The translations under genes and the position numbers were made by a program. Below, piece by piece: positions 20,213 to 31,060 of a stretch of 64,000 nucleotides of DNA; the first letter of the stretch is position 1; every line of letters starts with the position of its first letter. The notes below the pieces were generated by a model. That model was not told the DNA's origin. It was given only the letters and a program-made list of their open reading frames with translations, and did no database searches. Source of the DNA: Candidatus Poribacteria bacterium (lineage in GTDB: Bacteria > Poribacteria > WGA-4E > PCPOR2b); NCBI GenBank assembly GCA_965198175.1, contig OZ240245.1, positions 1,376,001 to 1,440,000 of the forward strand, in the 5' to 3' direction.

Positions 20213-21490
20213 GTGAGCGATGGATATCAATTTCTAAATCACCTGGTTCATGCCGAGTTCACAGGTGAATTTGAAGTTCCGGACGAAGCAGGATTGCAAG
20301 TGGAATCCACTAGGGAATTTAGCGAAGACAAAGGAGAGCAAATGCCGGTTTCCGACGTTGATGAACTCATCCCCGCCGCTAGCTCCAGTGCCGATACAGA
20401 TTTCAGTGTCGAGGATGGTATGGTTCCTTATCTTCGGCAAATTTCGAAAACCCCCCTGCTCACACGCGTCGAAGAAACCCAACTCTTTGAACAGTTTTCA
20501 GCCAAGACACAGCGGATTGATGAACTGTTGAACACACTTCCACCTTCGATTCTGGATCACGTCAAATCTCAATCGAACCGCAGACGGAAGGCAAAACCGA
20601 AATCCGTGCACCGGTGGTGGACGCCGATGGAAATTGGCGGTATCTTGGAGCTAATCTCGACCGAGATTAGGGTGTGTCAGAACGGGCAAACCGAAGAAAA
20701 ACCCGATCAGCGAGACGCTATAGAAACGCTCTGGAGCCAGTTGACCACCGCGGTTGAAGAGATGACGACCGTTCGAGAGAAGATAATACGCGCAAACCTG
20801 CTACTCGTTGCCAGCGTTGTGATGCAGTATCGCGCTTACACCGCATCGATGACCCTCCTGGATTTGATGCAGGAGGGTAATATCGGTTTGATGAAAGCCG
20901 TCGAAAAGTTTGATCTTCAAAAAAAGTGCAAGTTTAGCACTTACGCCTACTGGTGGATTATGCAAGCCGTTCAGCGCGCGTTAGCTCAACAAAGCCGTAC
21001 CATTCGGCTGCCCTGCTATATTGGAACGGTACGACAATCGATCGCCGAGACCCAGACCCGACTATCCAAAGAGCTCAACCGCGAACCGGCTATCAGCGAG
21101 ATTGCGCTGGCGATGGGTATGGCGGAAAGTCGTGTCGTCGAAATTCTTCAAAGTGGAAAAGGGACAATTTCACTCGATTCGCCGCTGTTCGATTCAAACG
21201 ACACGACCGTTTCTGACACGTTAGCTGACGAATCAAGCGTTGCCCCTGATAAGGAGGTGCTTAATCGTTCAGCGAGAGAGTCGCTAGATAAGGCGCTCAA
21301 CACATTAACTTGGCGTGAAAAAATTGTGATTCAGCTCCGTTTCGGCTTGACAGATGGCACAGAGTATACTCTTGCTGAGATTGGACAACAACTGGGAATT
21401 AGCCGTGAGCGTGTCCGCCAGATTCAAGAGGAAGTCCTTCACAAATTCCGACATCCAATTCATTCAAAATCCCTCGAAGAACTGCTTTAA
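20213..21490 (+). CDS. Sigma-70 family RNA polymerase sigma factor (RpoD/RpoS-like, non-primary)
   Basis: [44 protein letters not shown] and TLAEIG...SRERVRQI. Confidence 0.92.
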   Translation: MSDGYQFLNHLVHAEFTGEFEVPDEAGLQVESTREFSEDKGEQMPVSDVDELIPAASSSADTDFSVEDGMVPYLRQISKTPLLTRVEETQLFEQFSAKTQRIDELLNTLPPSILDHVKSQSNRRRKAKPKSVHRWWTPMEIGGILELISTEIRVCQNGQTEEKPDQRDAIETLWSQLTTAVEEMTTVREKIIRANLLLVASVVMQYRAYTASMTLLDLMQEGNIGLMKAVEKFDLQKKCKFSTYAYWWIMQAVQRALAQQSRTIRLPCYIGTVRQSIAETQTRLSKELNREPAISEIALAMGMAESRVVEILQSGKGTISLDSPLFDSNDTTVSDTLADESSVAPDKEVLNRSARESLDKALNTLTWREKIVIQLRFGLTDGTEYTLAEIGQQLGISRERVRQIQEEVLHKFRHPIHSKSLEELL

Positions 21491-21632
21491 TTAACGCGGC
21501 GTCCACAAAAATTCGATGTGGGATTCGGCACTTCTCATGCTCCGAACACCGTACAACACAAATATGGGCAGGCACACGCCCAATTTGACACCGAATTGGA
21601 ACCGATTGTTAACCGCTCAGAAGGATTTCTAA

Positions 21633-22031
21633 ATGGGCAATCGATCCACCTACGATGGATTACAACGCCATATCCGGCACATGGAAACGCCGGAAGTCGA
21701 AACTTGGAAGAACGAATACGACGACAGAGACTACACCATTGAAATTACAAACCTAGAATTTACAACAATCTGCCCCAAGACCGGGCACCCCGATTTCGCG
21801 TCCATCCGAATTACCTATGTTCCGGACGAATTCTGCGTTGAGCTCAAGTCTTTAAAGGAGTATTTTCTTTCTTTTCGCGACGTGGGAATCTTTCACGAGC
21901 ATCTCGTCAACAAGGTCATGGAGGATTTTGTGGCTGCATGCAATCCCCGCCGTGTTGAAGTTGAGGGGGATTTTAACATTCGCGGCGGGCTGAAGACGGT
22001 CGTTCGCACGAGTTACGACCAATCGGTTTGA
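21633..22031 (+). CDS. queF: NADPH-dependent 7-cyano-7-deazaguanine reductase (type 1)
   Basis: EFTTICPKTGHPDFA, VELKSLK, FHE and RGG. Confidence 0.95.
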   Translation: MGNRSTYDGLQRHIRHMETPEVETWKNEYDDRDYTIEITNLEFTTICPKTGHPDFASIRITYVPDEFCVELKSLKEYFLSFRDVGIFHEHLVNKVMEDFVAACNPRRVEVEGDFNIRGGLKTVVRTSYDQSV

Positions 22032-22203
22032 ATGTGTTTCCCAGCCTACAACTCACGGATTGCATCTCGGTACAGCGTGCATCACATCTGTCAATATCAG
22101 GAAAAAAAGCGGTCATATCGTTTGCAGACTCATCCACGCATGTGCTAAACTTTCCCATCTCGGAACGACGCTCCGCTTTGCCGAAATAGGCCCGTGGTGA
22201 TCC

Positions 22204-24135
22204 ATGCTATTCCGTATCGCAATATCGCTCGCCATCACGTTTTTCGTTATTTGCCCCAGGGGATTGTTTGCCTTAATTGACCTGTCGATTGTACGTCCAA
22301 AGACAGATTTTACCACAAACAATCAGGTGTTACCGATTGAGGGAATTGTTGAATCCTCGTTTCCAACAAAAGTTGTTGTCTCGACCAACACGCCCGCCGG
22401 TGTTCCCGATTTGGGACAGTTGGCACATTCCCTCCACGCAATCGTTCTTGACCTTGGCAGTTCACATCAAATAAAGGCGGGTCTAATTCGTCCCGTCGCT
22501 GACCTTGAGTTCCCGTTGGGACCGAGAACGGTACGAATGGCTTTTTCGCAGGATGGCGCAGATTTCTCCGTAGGGCAACGCCTGAACGTACCCTCCAGCA
22601 TAGATAAAATCTTCAATCAGACTATGGTTGATTTTCCAGTTATCGTTTCTGCGCGGTTCGTCCAGATCGTGATGCTTGATGGCTGGCAGCGGCAGAGAAT
22701 CGCCATCGACTCCGTTGAATTCCTAGATACGAACGATCGGATTGTACAAGCCCGTATCCAATCCATTTCAATCTTGCTCGATCTCACGGAGCAGAATCGG
22801 GCGCCGTTTTCCATTCAGGTTCTGCTCAAGGCGGGAAAGAACCGACTCTCGCTGTTCGCCAGCGCGCTTTCGCCCCCAGACGGCGATTCGTTTGAAACCG
22901 CGGATCGGGCGTCAATTACCCTGTTTTATCTTTCAGAATTGCGACGGGATGCAGCCGATGCAGGATATTTCACCTTGAGCGATGGCGACCAAGCGAAGGT
23001 TGTGATTCCGGTTGATGCCTTCGATCAGAAAATCAAAAAACTACAATTCTTTTCAATTCCACGGACGCAGTTGGATTCTTTGTCCTATTCGGGGAACGCG
23101 CAGATTGTTGAAGGTACCGCTCCCGTTGTCGCGTACCGATTTGAAGCGTTGAGGCAGGGCGTATTCGCGGCGGAGGCGACGAGCTTCCTACGCGATCAGC
23201 CTCCGACGCTCTCGGTTGACGGCATCTTAGATTTCCCTTCGACATGGGTCGCAGGGTTAGTGCCGTTACCTATCGCGCTTACGGTCGATCTGGGCGACGT
23301 TTACACGCTGAGCCGTATTATCGTCCACTCGAATGTCACCGAAAACGGTTCTTTTGGACCGCAAAGCGCGAAAATACACGCCTCCAATGAAAATGCGAAC
23401 TTCACAGAGATCTTTGAATTTTCACCGTTTGATGATCGAATGACGGTGATTGAGTTGCCTTCTCAACTGTCGGCTCGGTATGTCCGACTCGAAATTACGG
23501 AGAGCAAACAGGCAAATAACATCCAACTCAACGAGGTCGAATTTTTTGACGCTTCCGACTCAAAGATTGTACCGCTTGTCGCAGCGGATCGAACCCTGCT
23601 TCAGCGTCCGGCACTTCTGGAATTGAGCTACACCGCGTCCGATCTGCTCGCCGCGAATATCGGCAGAGAAGTGGACCTGAAGATTTTCGCATGGGACGAA
23701 CTCGCCCGGGAGTGGCAACTGGCAGGTGGAGAAATTGACCTGGATCGTCAGACCGTCCGTTTAGAACTCAACTATTTTTCCCAATTTGCGTTGTTCCAAG
23801 CTGTTACTTCGAAAATCCAGACGACGTGGAGTTTTAACCCTTTTTCGCCCGACGGAAACGGAATCGCAGACGTAACACGACTCACAATCATTAACCCCGA
23901 CACTTCACGGCTCGGACAAACCGAACTCATCGTTGAAATCTTTGATCTCAACAACAGACTGGTGAGAACGTTGATGAATCGGACCGTAATGAATTCCAAC
24001 GCCATGAGCGTTGAATGGGACGGTCGGGACGGAACGGGGCAGATTGCAAATATTGGACCGTATATCTATCAGATTCAACTGCAATCCGATGCCCAGACTG
24101 ACACCCGAAACGGCGTGATCGTGGTGGGAAAATGA
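22204..24135 (+). CDS. Secreted discoidin/F5-8-like domain protein with C-terminal CHU_C/FlgD (T9SS type B-like) domain
   Basis: Signal peptide; 'TVDLG....SRI...ARYVRLEI..IQLNEVEF'; tail NPFSPDGNGIAD...IFDLNNRLVRTL...WDGRD..G..ANIGPYIYQI. Confidence 0.75.
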   Translation: MLFRIAISLAITFFVICPRGLFALIDLSIVRPKTDFTTNNQVLPIEGIVESSFPTKVVVSTNTPAGVPDLGQLAHSLHAIVLDLGSSHQIKAGLIRPVADLEFPLGPRTVRMAFSQDGADFSVGQRLNVPSSIDKIFNQTMVDFPVIVSARFVQIVMLDGWQRQRIAIDSVEFLDTNDRIVQARIQSISILLDLTEQNRAPFSIQVLLKAGKNRLSLFASALSPPDGDSFETADRASITLFYLSELRRDAADAGYFTLSDGDQAKVVIPVDAFDQKIKKLQFFSIPRTQLDSLSYSGNAQIVEGTAPVVAYRFEALRQGVFAAEATSFLRDQPPTLSVDGILDFPSTWVAGLVPLPIALTVDLGDVYTLSRIIVHSNVTENGSFGPQSAKIHASNENANFTEIFEFSPFDDRMTVIELPSQLSARYVRLEITESKQANNIQLNEVEFFDASDSKIVPLVAADRTLLQRPALLELSYTASDLLAANIGREVDLKIFAWDELAREWQLAGGEIDLDRQTVRLELNYFSQFALFQAVTSKIQTTWSFNPFSPDGNGIADVTRLTIINPDTSRLGQTELIVEIFDLNNRLVRTLMNRTVMNSNAMSVEWDGRDGTGQIANIGPYIYQIQLQSDAQTDTRNGVIVVGK

Positions 24136-25088
24136 AGACTGACTCCTGCGCGCCAGTCCACCGATTCACACTCCTACTCTTCTTATTTGGCGCGGGGGCG
24201 GTCAATCTTTCTCCTCGGACACACGCGGCATTCGACGATCAGTTCGTAGGGGCGCGAGCATTTGCGATGGGAGGCGCGTTCGCAGCGATTGCGAATGAAT
24301 CCGACGGTCTGCTCGTTAATCCGGCGTCAATCTCAAATCTTTCGACGCCCCGGCAGTTGTCCGTAACAATGGCGAGACTTCACCTCGGCTTAACGGACGA
24401 GACTTCAATCGCCCAGAACCTGATTAGCTATACGAATCCAGGACCTCTCAGAAGTTCGCTCGGGTTGCTCTGGAAGCGGTTGAACGTCAGCCAACTGTAT
24501 TCGGAGAATTACTTGGTCGTTGGGTTTAGCAGAGGTTTCGCATTTGGAACAGAAGAGGAACGCCGCTTGTCACTCGGAACGGGGTTCAAGCTGTTGAATT
24601 GGGATACAGCGCCCACAATTGGGGCAGACGGTGGGATTGTAGAGGATTTGCCAGGCTCCAGTCGTTTTAGCTTAGACGCCGGCGTGGTCTTTCGTCCGTC
24701 TGCGAATATTCCGATAGCGCTGTCGGTCCAGAACATCAATACCCCCAACATCGCTTCGAAATCCTCGAAGATAACGGAGGAGTTGCCGCTGCAGGTGACG
24801 CTCGGCATCGGCATTTTGGGGGAGCGGTCTACATGGGGAATGGATCTGGTTTTCAACGGCAACCAGACTGATGTCAAGATTGGGATTGAACAGCAATTTC
24901 ATGATGGCAAGGTACTGCTGCGCGGCGGGTTTCGGTTGGAAAATCTCGCATGGGGCACAAATCTGACGCTCGGCGGAGGGTATCGCTTGAGCAATAGCGT
25001 CCGAATGGATTACGGCTCCGTTTTTCCGATCGGCGGCATTGTAGACACCTATGGCAGCCATCGAGTTAGCATCGTGTACAGCTTATGA
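24132..25088 (+). CDS. PorV/PorP-like (UPF0164-type) outer-membrane beta-barrel
   Basis: GARAFAMGGAFAAIA.....L.VNPA N-terminal motif; amphipathic strands; ends SHRVSIVYSL; ATGA overlap with the upstream gene. Confidence 0.75.
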   Translation: MKTDSCAPVHRFTLLLFLFGAGAVNLSPRTHAAFDDQFVGARAFAMGGAFAAIANESDGLLVNPASISNLSTPRQLSVTMARLHLGLTDETSIAQNLISYTNPGPLRSSLGLLWKRLNVSQLYSENYLVVGFSRGFAFGTEEERRLSLGTGFKLLNWDTAPTIGADGGIVEDLPGSSRFSLDAGVVFRPSANIPIALSVQNINTPNIASKSSKITEELPLQVTLGIGILGERSTWGMDLVFNGNQTDVKIGIEQQFHDGKVLLRGGFRLENLAWGTNLTLGGGYRLSNSVRMDYGSVFPIGGIVDTYGSHRVSIVYSL

Positions 25089-25151
25089 TATAACCGACCA
25101 GTGGACGACGAGTGGAATGCGTGGTTGGGACAGATAAAGAGGAACTGGTAA

Positions 25152-27500
25152 ATGAGGATGGGATTATTCATGCTTCACGCTTCACGAATAATCCATTACG
25201 CATTACGCCTGATGTTCTTGTGCTTGTTAATCTCTGACCACTTGCTGGGTTTGGCGCTTGCCCAACGGGTGGATCCACTAGGCAATCCCGTGTTTGATAA
25301 AAGTGGAAAAGAACTTTATAAAATTCAGGCGACGTTTGGCGTATTGGGGGGCGATTCGACACTTCGCCGTGATGAGGAATTTCGGAAAAAGACAAGTAAT
25401 CGAAACTTCTTTACTTTCAACATCCCGAGCGAGAACGTCCGTCATCAGTTGACTGTCGGCAATTTCCCAACAAAATTTTCTGGCTTTACGTTGAACAAGG
25501 AACTGTTCGACGCCGCACGCTGGAATATAACGATTCCGAAAGCACGCGGAGGGGTTTCAGCGTTTGTCGGGCGGGTGACGAACAATACCTTTGACATATT
25601 AGGAGAGCGCGCCGTACCCATCGAAAACCTTGACATTAGGAGTACCGCGGATTGGTTCATGGTTGGGTTCCGAGCGGAGGCAAACCTCGGGGCACATGGC
25701 GTCCGACTGGGGACGTTGCCAGAATTTACGCTACCGCTGCCTCGCCTCGGAATTAACTATGTCAATCGGTTTTTTACCAACTACGACCTCACACGTACAA
25801 CCAATCCATTTCGAGGGGTCACCATCGCTAATCCTCCGCCGGAGTTGTTTCTCCGTTTCAGTGATGCTTCGCCGGAAAACCCCGGCGGCGCGAAAGTTTT
25901 CCATGTGCGCGTCTACGTTGACGGCGCCCTGGAGCACGAGATTGTCGGCGGGCGTGAGCCGCCGGGCGTTCTGCTCCTACCGCATCAGAGCCGACGTGAT
26001 CATCAGTCACGCCGGGCGGATGGTGAAGGAACCTTCACGTATCGATTTCTCATGTTCAACCCACAGGACATCAACAGCGTGCGGTTTGAGGTCGATATTG
26101 CCAACGATTATCGCGTTGAATTGTCACCGAACAATCGGGACTTTCAATTGGAACTCAGCGCCCCAGGCAACGTCAGAGATGAATCGAACCGTCAGGTACA
26201 CAGATTTCACTACGGGGAATTGACAGATGAAACGACAATGGGGTTCGATCTCCAGACAACACTGTTCGGATTTTCGATTGAGGCGGAGCGCGCATGGTAT
26301 TCACAGACGAAGCAGTATCCGATTCTTAACGGACAAAGCACACAGCGAACAACCGGCGCATGGTTCATTGATGTGAATCGAAACTTTGGGCCCCTGACTT
26401 GGCGCAGCGAATATACACGAATCGATCCCTTTTATACGGCGGATAACTTCGTGGACGACAACGACGATGATGATCCATACGCAGATTCGCGCGAACCAGA
26501 GATACTGATTTCAGGAAATACAAAGGATGATCTGGACGGCGATCGCGTTAAGGATTGGGATGACGATTTCCTACTCTTCTTTGCAGACCCGCCGAGATTC
26601 CGCTTAGGGCTCAATCGTGAATCAATTGATTTCAATAACAACGGTGAGCCGGATAATCTCGAAGATGATGACAAACCCAACTACCGTTTCGATTACGATA
26701 GAGGCTCCTTCGGGCATCACACCTACTTCAAGCTCGATCTGCCATTCAGCGACGGTCTTTCTGTTATCCCCGGATATTATGCGAAACATCTGATTCTCGA
26801 ACATAAGAGCGCAAAAGGATGGTATAATATATTTGCATACACGCCGAATCGGATTCGTCACTTTGGAACGGTCAAATTCCGCCACACGCTTCGCCGCTCG
26901 CGCGACATTATCCCCGATGACGTTGTTATTCGCGGCACTGGGGAGCAGATTGAGGACAATTTGGCGCTCCAAAATTATCTGAGCAATATCTTCACGATGA
27001 TTGTAGATTACCAGAACATCGAAAACCTCACAATCGTCAGTAAATTCAAATATCAGCGTGATGCGCTGTTTCACAGTCGGCAGCACGTTATTGATACCGC
27101 CTTGATTAACCAGATTCGATACGACTACAAAGTGCGCGATGATCTCACGGTCGCACCCGCTTTCCGGAGCGATCGGACAATTGGTTACACCGTCCCGTTT
27201 GACAAATTAACGACGGTAGATTTCATCCGAAATGCCTATATCTTGACCTTAACCCATCAAGTTGCGGCACAATTGCAATTAAGCGCCGGTGCGCAGTTTC
27301 TCACATGGCGCGACCTCAACGATTCTCAGAATAATTTTAACCGCACCGTTGGCTTCCTGGAGCTTGTGCTACAGGGCGATGTCTTCGGACAAAAGATGGG
27401 GCTCTTGATTGCGTGCGACTATGCAATTCAGAGCTTTCTTGAACCCATCGGCGGCTCGGAAAAACGAACAAATATCGGAATTTCGCTATTTTTGCTGTAG
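25152..27500 (+). CDS. Large hypothetical outer-membrane protein with Asp-rich Ca-binding-like loops
   Basis: Signal peptide; DDNDDDDP, DDLDGDRVKDWDDD and DFNNNGEPDNLEDD; beta-strand-rich C-terminus. Confidence 0.7.
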   Translation: MRMGLFMLHASRIIHYALRLMFLCLLISDHLLGLALAQRVDPLGNPVFDKSGKELYKIQATFGVLGGDSTLRRDEEFRKKTSNRNFFTFNIPSENVRHQLTVGNFPTKFSGFTLNKELFDAARWNITIPKARGGVSAFVGRVTNNTFDILGERAVPIENLDIRSTADWFMVGFRAEANLGAHGVRLGTLPEFTLPLPRLGINYVNRFFTNYDLTRTTNPFRGVTIANPPPELFLRFSDASPENPGGAKVFHVRVYVDGALEHEIVGGREPPGVLLLPHQSRRDHQSRRADGEGTFTYRFLMFNPQDINSVRFEVDIANDYRVELSPNNRDFQLELSAPGNVRDESNRQVHRFHYGELTDETTMGFDLQTTLFGFSIEAERAWYSQTKQYPILNGQSTQRTTGAWFIDVNRNFGPLTWRSEYTRIDPFYTADNFVDDNDDDDPYADSREPEILISGNTKDDLDGDRVKDWDDDFLLFFADPPRFRLGLNRESIDFNNNGEPDNLEDDDKPNYRFDYDRGSFGHHTYFKLDLPFSDGLSVIPGYYAKHLILEHKSAKGWYNIFAYTPNRIRHFGTVKFRHTLRRSRDIIPDDVVIRGTGEQIEDNLALQNYLSNIFTMIVDYQNIENLTIVSKFKYQRDALFHSRQHVIDTALINQIRYDYKVRDDLTVAPAFRSDRTIGYTVPFDKLTTVDFIRNAYILTLTHQVAAQLQLSAGAQFLTWRDLNDSQNNFNRTVGFLELVLQGDVFGQKMGLLIACDYAIQSFLEPIGGSEKRTNIGISLFLL

Positions 27501-27562
27501 TCATTTTTTAACCCCAAGCTAAACCGAGGTTCTTATTCGGTTCACCGAAAGGAGTAAGTTCA

Positions 27563-28537
27563 ATGCAACAGCAATCGTGGGATGATTTGCAGCCGTATAT
27601 TCGGCTCATCACCACTAAACGTGTTTTTTGGCTCATTCTTATTGTGATCGCCGTCGCTGCAGCCGCAACGAGTTTCTACACCGTTGCAGCCGATGAGGAA
27701 GGCGTCGTGCTCCGGTTTGGAGAGTACGTCAGATCTGTCCCGCCGGGGCTGCACTTCAAGGCGCCGTTCGGAATTGAAAAAGCAGTGGGCGTCCCGGTCC
27801 GAAAAGTATTTAAAGAGGAATTCGGATTTCGCACACTTCGCGCAGGCGTCCGTACCCAATATGATACCCGAGATTATCCGGAGGAATCTGTTCTGTTAAC
27901 GGGCGATCTCAATATTGCCGATGTGGAATGGGTTGTTCAATATCGAATTGCTGAACCCCAAAAATTCCTGTTTAAGATCCGCGACGCTAAACAAGCCTTG
28001 CGCGATCTCTCTGAAGCTGTTATGAGCATTGTTGTCGGTGACCGCACTGTCACAGAGGTGCTTACCGTCGGACGTGAAGAGATTGCAATGGCCGTCAAAC
28101 AAAATCTACAGGAGTTATTGGACCTGTACAACACCGGTTTATACATTGAAAACGTCACCTTGCAAGATGTGAATCCGCCGGAAACCGTGAAACCCGCTTT
28201 TAATGAAGTCAATGAGGCGAAGCAAGAGAAGGAGCGGTTGATTAACGAAGCCTTGCGTGATTACAACGAATCCGTTCCCAGAGCCAAGGGGCTCGCATTA
28301 CAACAGATTTCCGAGGCAGAGGGTTATGCCCTGAAACGTGTGAATGAGGCAACAGGGGACGCGAATCGATTCAACTCGATTCGGCAGGAATACCAAGGTG
28401 CTAAAGATGTGACCCGCCGCAGACTCTACCTCGAAACGATGAGCGAGATTCTGCCGAAAGTCAAGGAGATTTATATCATTGACGATGAATCGAACAGCCC
28501 CATTCCCATTCTGCAACTGGGACAATCAGGGAAATGA
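27563..28537 (+). CDS. hflK: FtsH protease modulator HflK
   Basis: SPFH domain; LTGDLNIADV, VNPPETVKPAFNEV and TRRRLYLETM. Confidence 0.95.
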   Translation: MQQQSWDDLQPYIRLITTKRVFWLILIVIAVAAAATSFYTVAADEEGVVLRFGEYVRSVPPGLHFKAPFGIEKAVGVPVRKVFKEEFGFRTLRAGVRTQYDTRDYPEESVLLTGDLNIADVEWVVQYRIAEPQKFLFKIRDAKQALRDLSEAVMSIVVGDRTVTEVLTVGREEIAMAVKQNLQELLDLYNTGLYIENVTLQDVNPPETVKPAFNEVNEAKQEKERLINEALRDYNESVPRAKGLALQQISEAEGYALKRVNEATGDANRFNSIRQEYQGAKDVTRRRLYLETMSEILPKVKEIYIIDDESNSPIPILQLGQSGK

Positions 28538-28620
28538 GAAAATCGGAAGATTGAAAATCGCAATAATCTTCACGAATTGATTCTCAGCCACACGACACAA
28601 TTCACGAAAGGAAATCCGCA

Positions 28621-29589
28621 ATGAATGCAAAAATTTTGATACCGTTAATCATAATCGTTGTAATCGCAATGTTTTTCGCCCCATCCATGTTCTATATTGT
28701 CCGAGAAGGTGAACAGGTAGTGATTACTGAATTCGGTCGTCCGATTGGCGAACCCATTAACCGCGCTGGTCTAAAAATGAAAACCCCATTCATACAGAAA
28801 GTCCACCGTTTCGAGATACGTATCCTCGAATGGGATGGCTCACCGAACCAGATCACGACCAAGGACAAAAGATTCATCAGGCTGGATACCACAGCACGGT
28901 GGCGCATCAATGATGCGCTCACATTTTACCAAGCCCTCGGCACAGAGGACTCCGCTCAATCCCGTCTGGACGACATTATCGATTCGGCTGCCCGAGATTT
29001 GGTGACGGGGCAACTGTTAATCGAAGTTGTGCGCGATTCGAATCGTGTCATTGAAATGAATCTTGAAGAACAGGACGCAGAAGAGGGCGGTGGTAGTGCT
29101 GAACCTCTAGAGTCGATTGCGGTTGGAAGGGAAAAAGTTGCGCAAATGATCCTTGAAAAAGCGCAGCAGGGCTTACCCGATAAATTCGGCATTGAACTCA
29201 TTGATGTGCGGATTAAGCGGATTAACTATGTAAAGGAAGTCCAAGAGAAAGTCTTTGCCCGCATGATTTCCGAACGGAAGCGAATCGCCGCAAAGTATAG
29301 ATCGGAAGGCGAAGGAGAAGCCGCGGATATCAATGGTCAAAAACAGAAGGAACTGGAGCGCATTCAGTCTGAAGCCTATAAGCAGGCTGAAGAACTTAAA
29401 GGAAACGCCGATGCCGAAGCCATACAAATTTATGCGCAGGCACACGGCAGAGATTCTGAGTTTTATGCCTTTCTCCAGACCTTGGAAACCTACCGCGCAA
29501 CGACTACTGAGAACACCAGGCTCTTCATGTCGACCGATAGCGATCTCTACAGGTATTTCAAAAAAAGTGGTATACAAAACCGACGATAG
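28621..29589 (+). CDS. hflC: FtsH protease modulator HflC
   Basis: DVRIKRI, RMISER..IA..YRSEG and FYAFLQTLETY; adjacent to hflK. Confidence 0.95.
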   Translation: MNAKILIPLIIIVVIAMFFAPSMFYIVREGEQVVITEFGRPIGEPINRAGLKMKTPFIQKVHRFEIRILEWDGSPNQITTKDKRFIRLDTTARWRINDALTFYQALGTEDSAQSRLDDIIDSAARDLVTGQLLIEVVRDSNRVIEMNLEEQDAEEGGGSAEPLESIAVGREKVAQMILEKAQQGLPDKFGIELIDVRIKRINYVKEVQEKVFARMISERKRIAAKYRSEGEGEAADINGQKQKELERIQSEAYKQAEELKGNADAEAIQIYAQAHGRDSEFYAFLQTLETYRATTTENTRLFMSTDSDLYRYFKKSGIQNRR

Positions 29590-29800
29590 TCGTTAAACTG
29601 CAACCTGCGTAGATGATGCCTTTTCCCTTAATTTCACTCAGCGCCGCTCCACCCCGCCATACAAAGATTCTCCCCTTTAGTAAAGGAGAGTAAGAAGGGG
29701 TATTGCGCAAAGGTTGGACAGGCGTTTCCTGATTTTCCTTGCGTCTATTTTGGAAGCCTTGTGGTAACTTATCCCGACAAATAATTGAGGTTGATGGAGA

Positions 29801-30742
29801 ATGATTCAATCCCTTCCTTTATATGAAACCGACGATGAATCGGCATGTAGGACAAGTAAAGTGTCCGTCCGGCACTCGTCCAAGCAACGCCATCCGCCCT
29901 GGATTCGAGCGCGGATTCCAGTGGGACCCAACTATGCGGATCTCAAGGCGATGATGCGCGACTTAGAGCTCCACTCGGTTTGCGAGGAAGCACGCTGTCC
30001 CAATATCGGTGAGTGCTGGGAAAATCGAACGGCAACCTTTATGATATTGGGGGATGTCTGCACCCGTCGCTGTATGTTTTGCGCAGTCACCAAAGGCAAA
30101 CCGACGGGGGTAGACCTCGATGAACCCCGCCGCATCGGGGAGGCGGTCGCCTATCTGAAGCTCAAGCATGTCGTCATCACCTCAGTCAACCGCGACGATC
30201 AGGAGGATGGCGGCGCAAGTATCTTCGCCGCATGCATCCGAGAGGCGCGCGGCAATAACCCCGATTGCACCGTTGAAGTGCTAATCCCAGACCTCGAAGG
30301 CAATTGGGACGCATTAGCCGTTATCGTGCAGGCGAAACCCAATGTGCTCAATCATAACACCGAAACGGTACCGCGCCTCTATCGACGAGCGCGTCCCCAG
30401 GCTGACTATCAACGCTCCTTAGACCTCTTGCGCATCAGCAAGGAGGTTGACAGAACAATCCTCACCAAATCAGGATTGATGGTTGGCTTAGGCGAAACCG
30501 ACACCGAATTATTGCAGACCATGCAGGATATTCGCCATGCCAATTGTGACATCTTGACCATCGGGCAGTACCTCGCTCCAACCGCACGACACCTTCCGAT
30601 TAAACGGTATTACACGCCAGATGAATTCAATGTGCTAAAGGTGGCAGGCATGAACATGGGATACCGCCATGTGGAGTCGGGTCCGTTGGTGCGAAGCTCT
30701 TACCACGCGGGGGAACAGGCGGCGTTATCGATTAGCATCTGA
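29801..30742 (+). CDS. lipA: Lipoyl synthase
   Basis: CEEARCPNIGEC, CTRRCMFC and VRSSYHA. Confidence 0.97.
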   Translation: MIQSLPLYETDDESACRTSKVSVRHSSKQRHPPWIRARIPVGPNYADLKAMMRDLELHSVCEEARCPNIGECWENRTATFMILGDVCTRRCMFCAVTKGKPTGVDLDEPRRIGEAVAYLKLKHVVITSVNRDDQEDGGASIFAACIREARGNNPDCTVEVLIPDLEGNWDALAVIVQAKPNVLNHNTETVPRLYRRARPQADYQRSLDLLRISKEVDRTILTKSGLMVGLGETDTELLQTMQDIRHANCDILTIGQYLAPTARHLPIKRYYTPDEFNVLKVAGMNMGYRHVESGPLVRSSYHAGEQAALSISI

Positions 30743-31060
30743 GTTTAGGAATCCCAGAAAAGCCGATACTGCGTGGGATGCTTCAGTTTCCGGCGAGTTT
30801 GGGTTGGCACGTTTGAGATATGGAATGACATGGAATTATCGCTTGACTAAATTTCCCACTTCCGCTATGATAGGAACCCATTCGTCAAATCTTGAAGTGA
30901 CTAGTGCTGTACGTCAATGTTATCATCGGATAACGCAATGTTAGAATCTGTCCTCAATGTCTCGGATTCTCAGCCGGATTTAAAATCCAAATTGTTGGCA
31001 AGGTACAGTTTCGGTTTCCATTGCGATTTAACCTAAGTTGGCAAAAAAGGAGGCTTCCAA

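Noticed and set aside
21490..21633. preQ1 riboswitch upstream of queF
   Set aside because: No recognisable preQ1 stem-loop plus A-rich tail.
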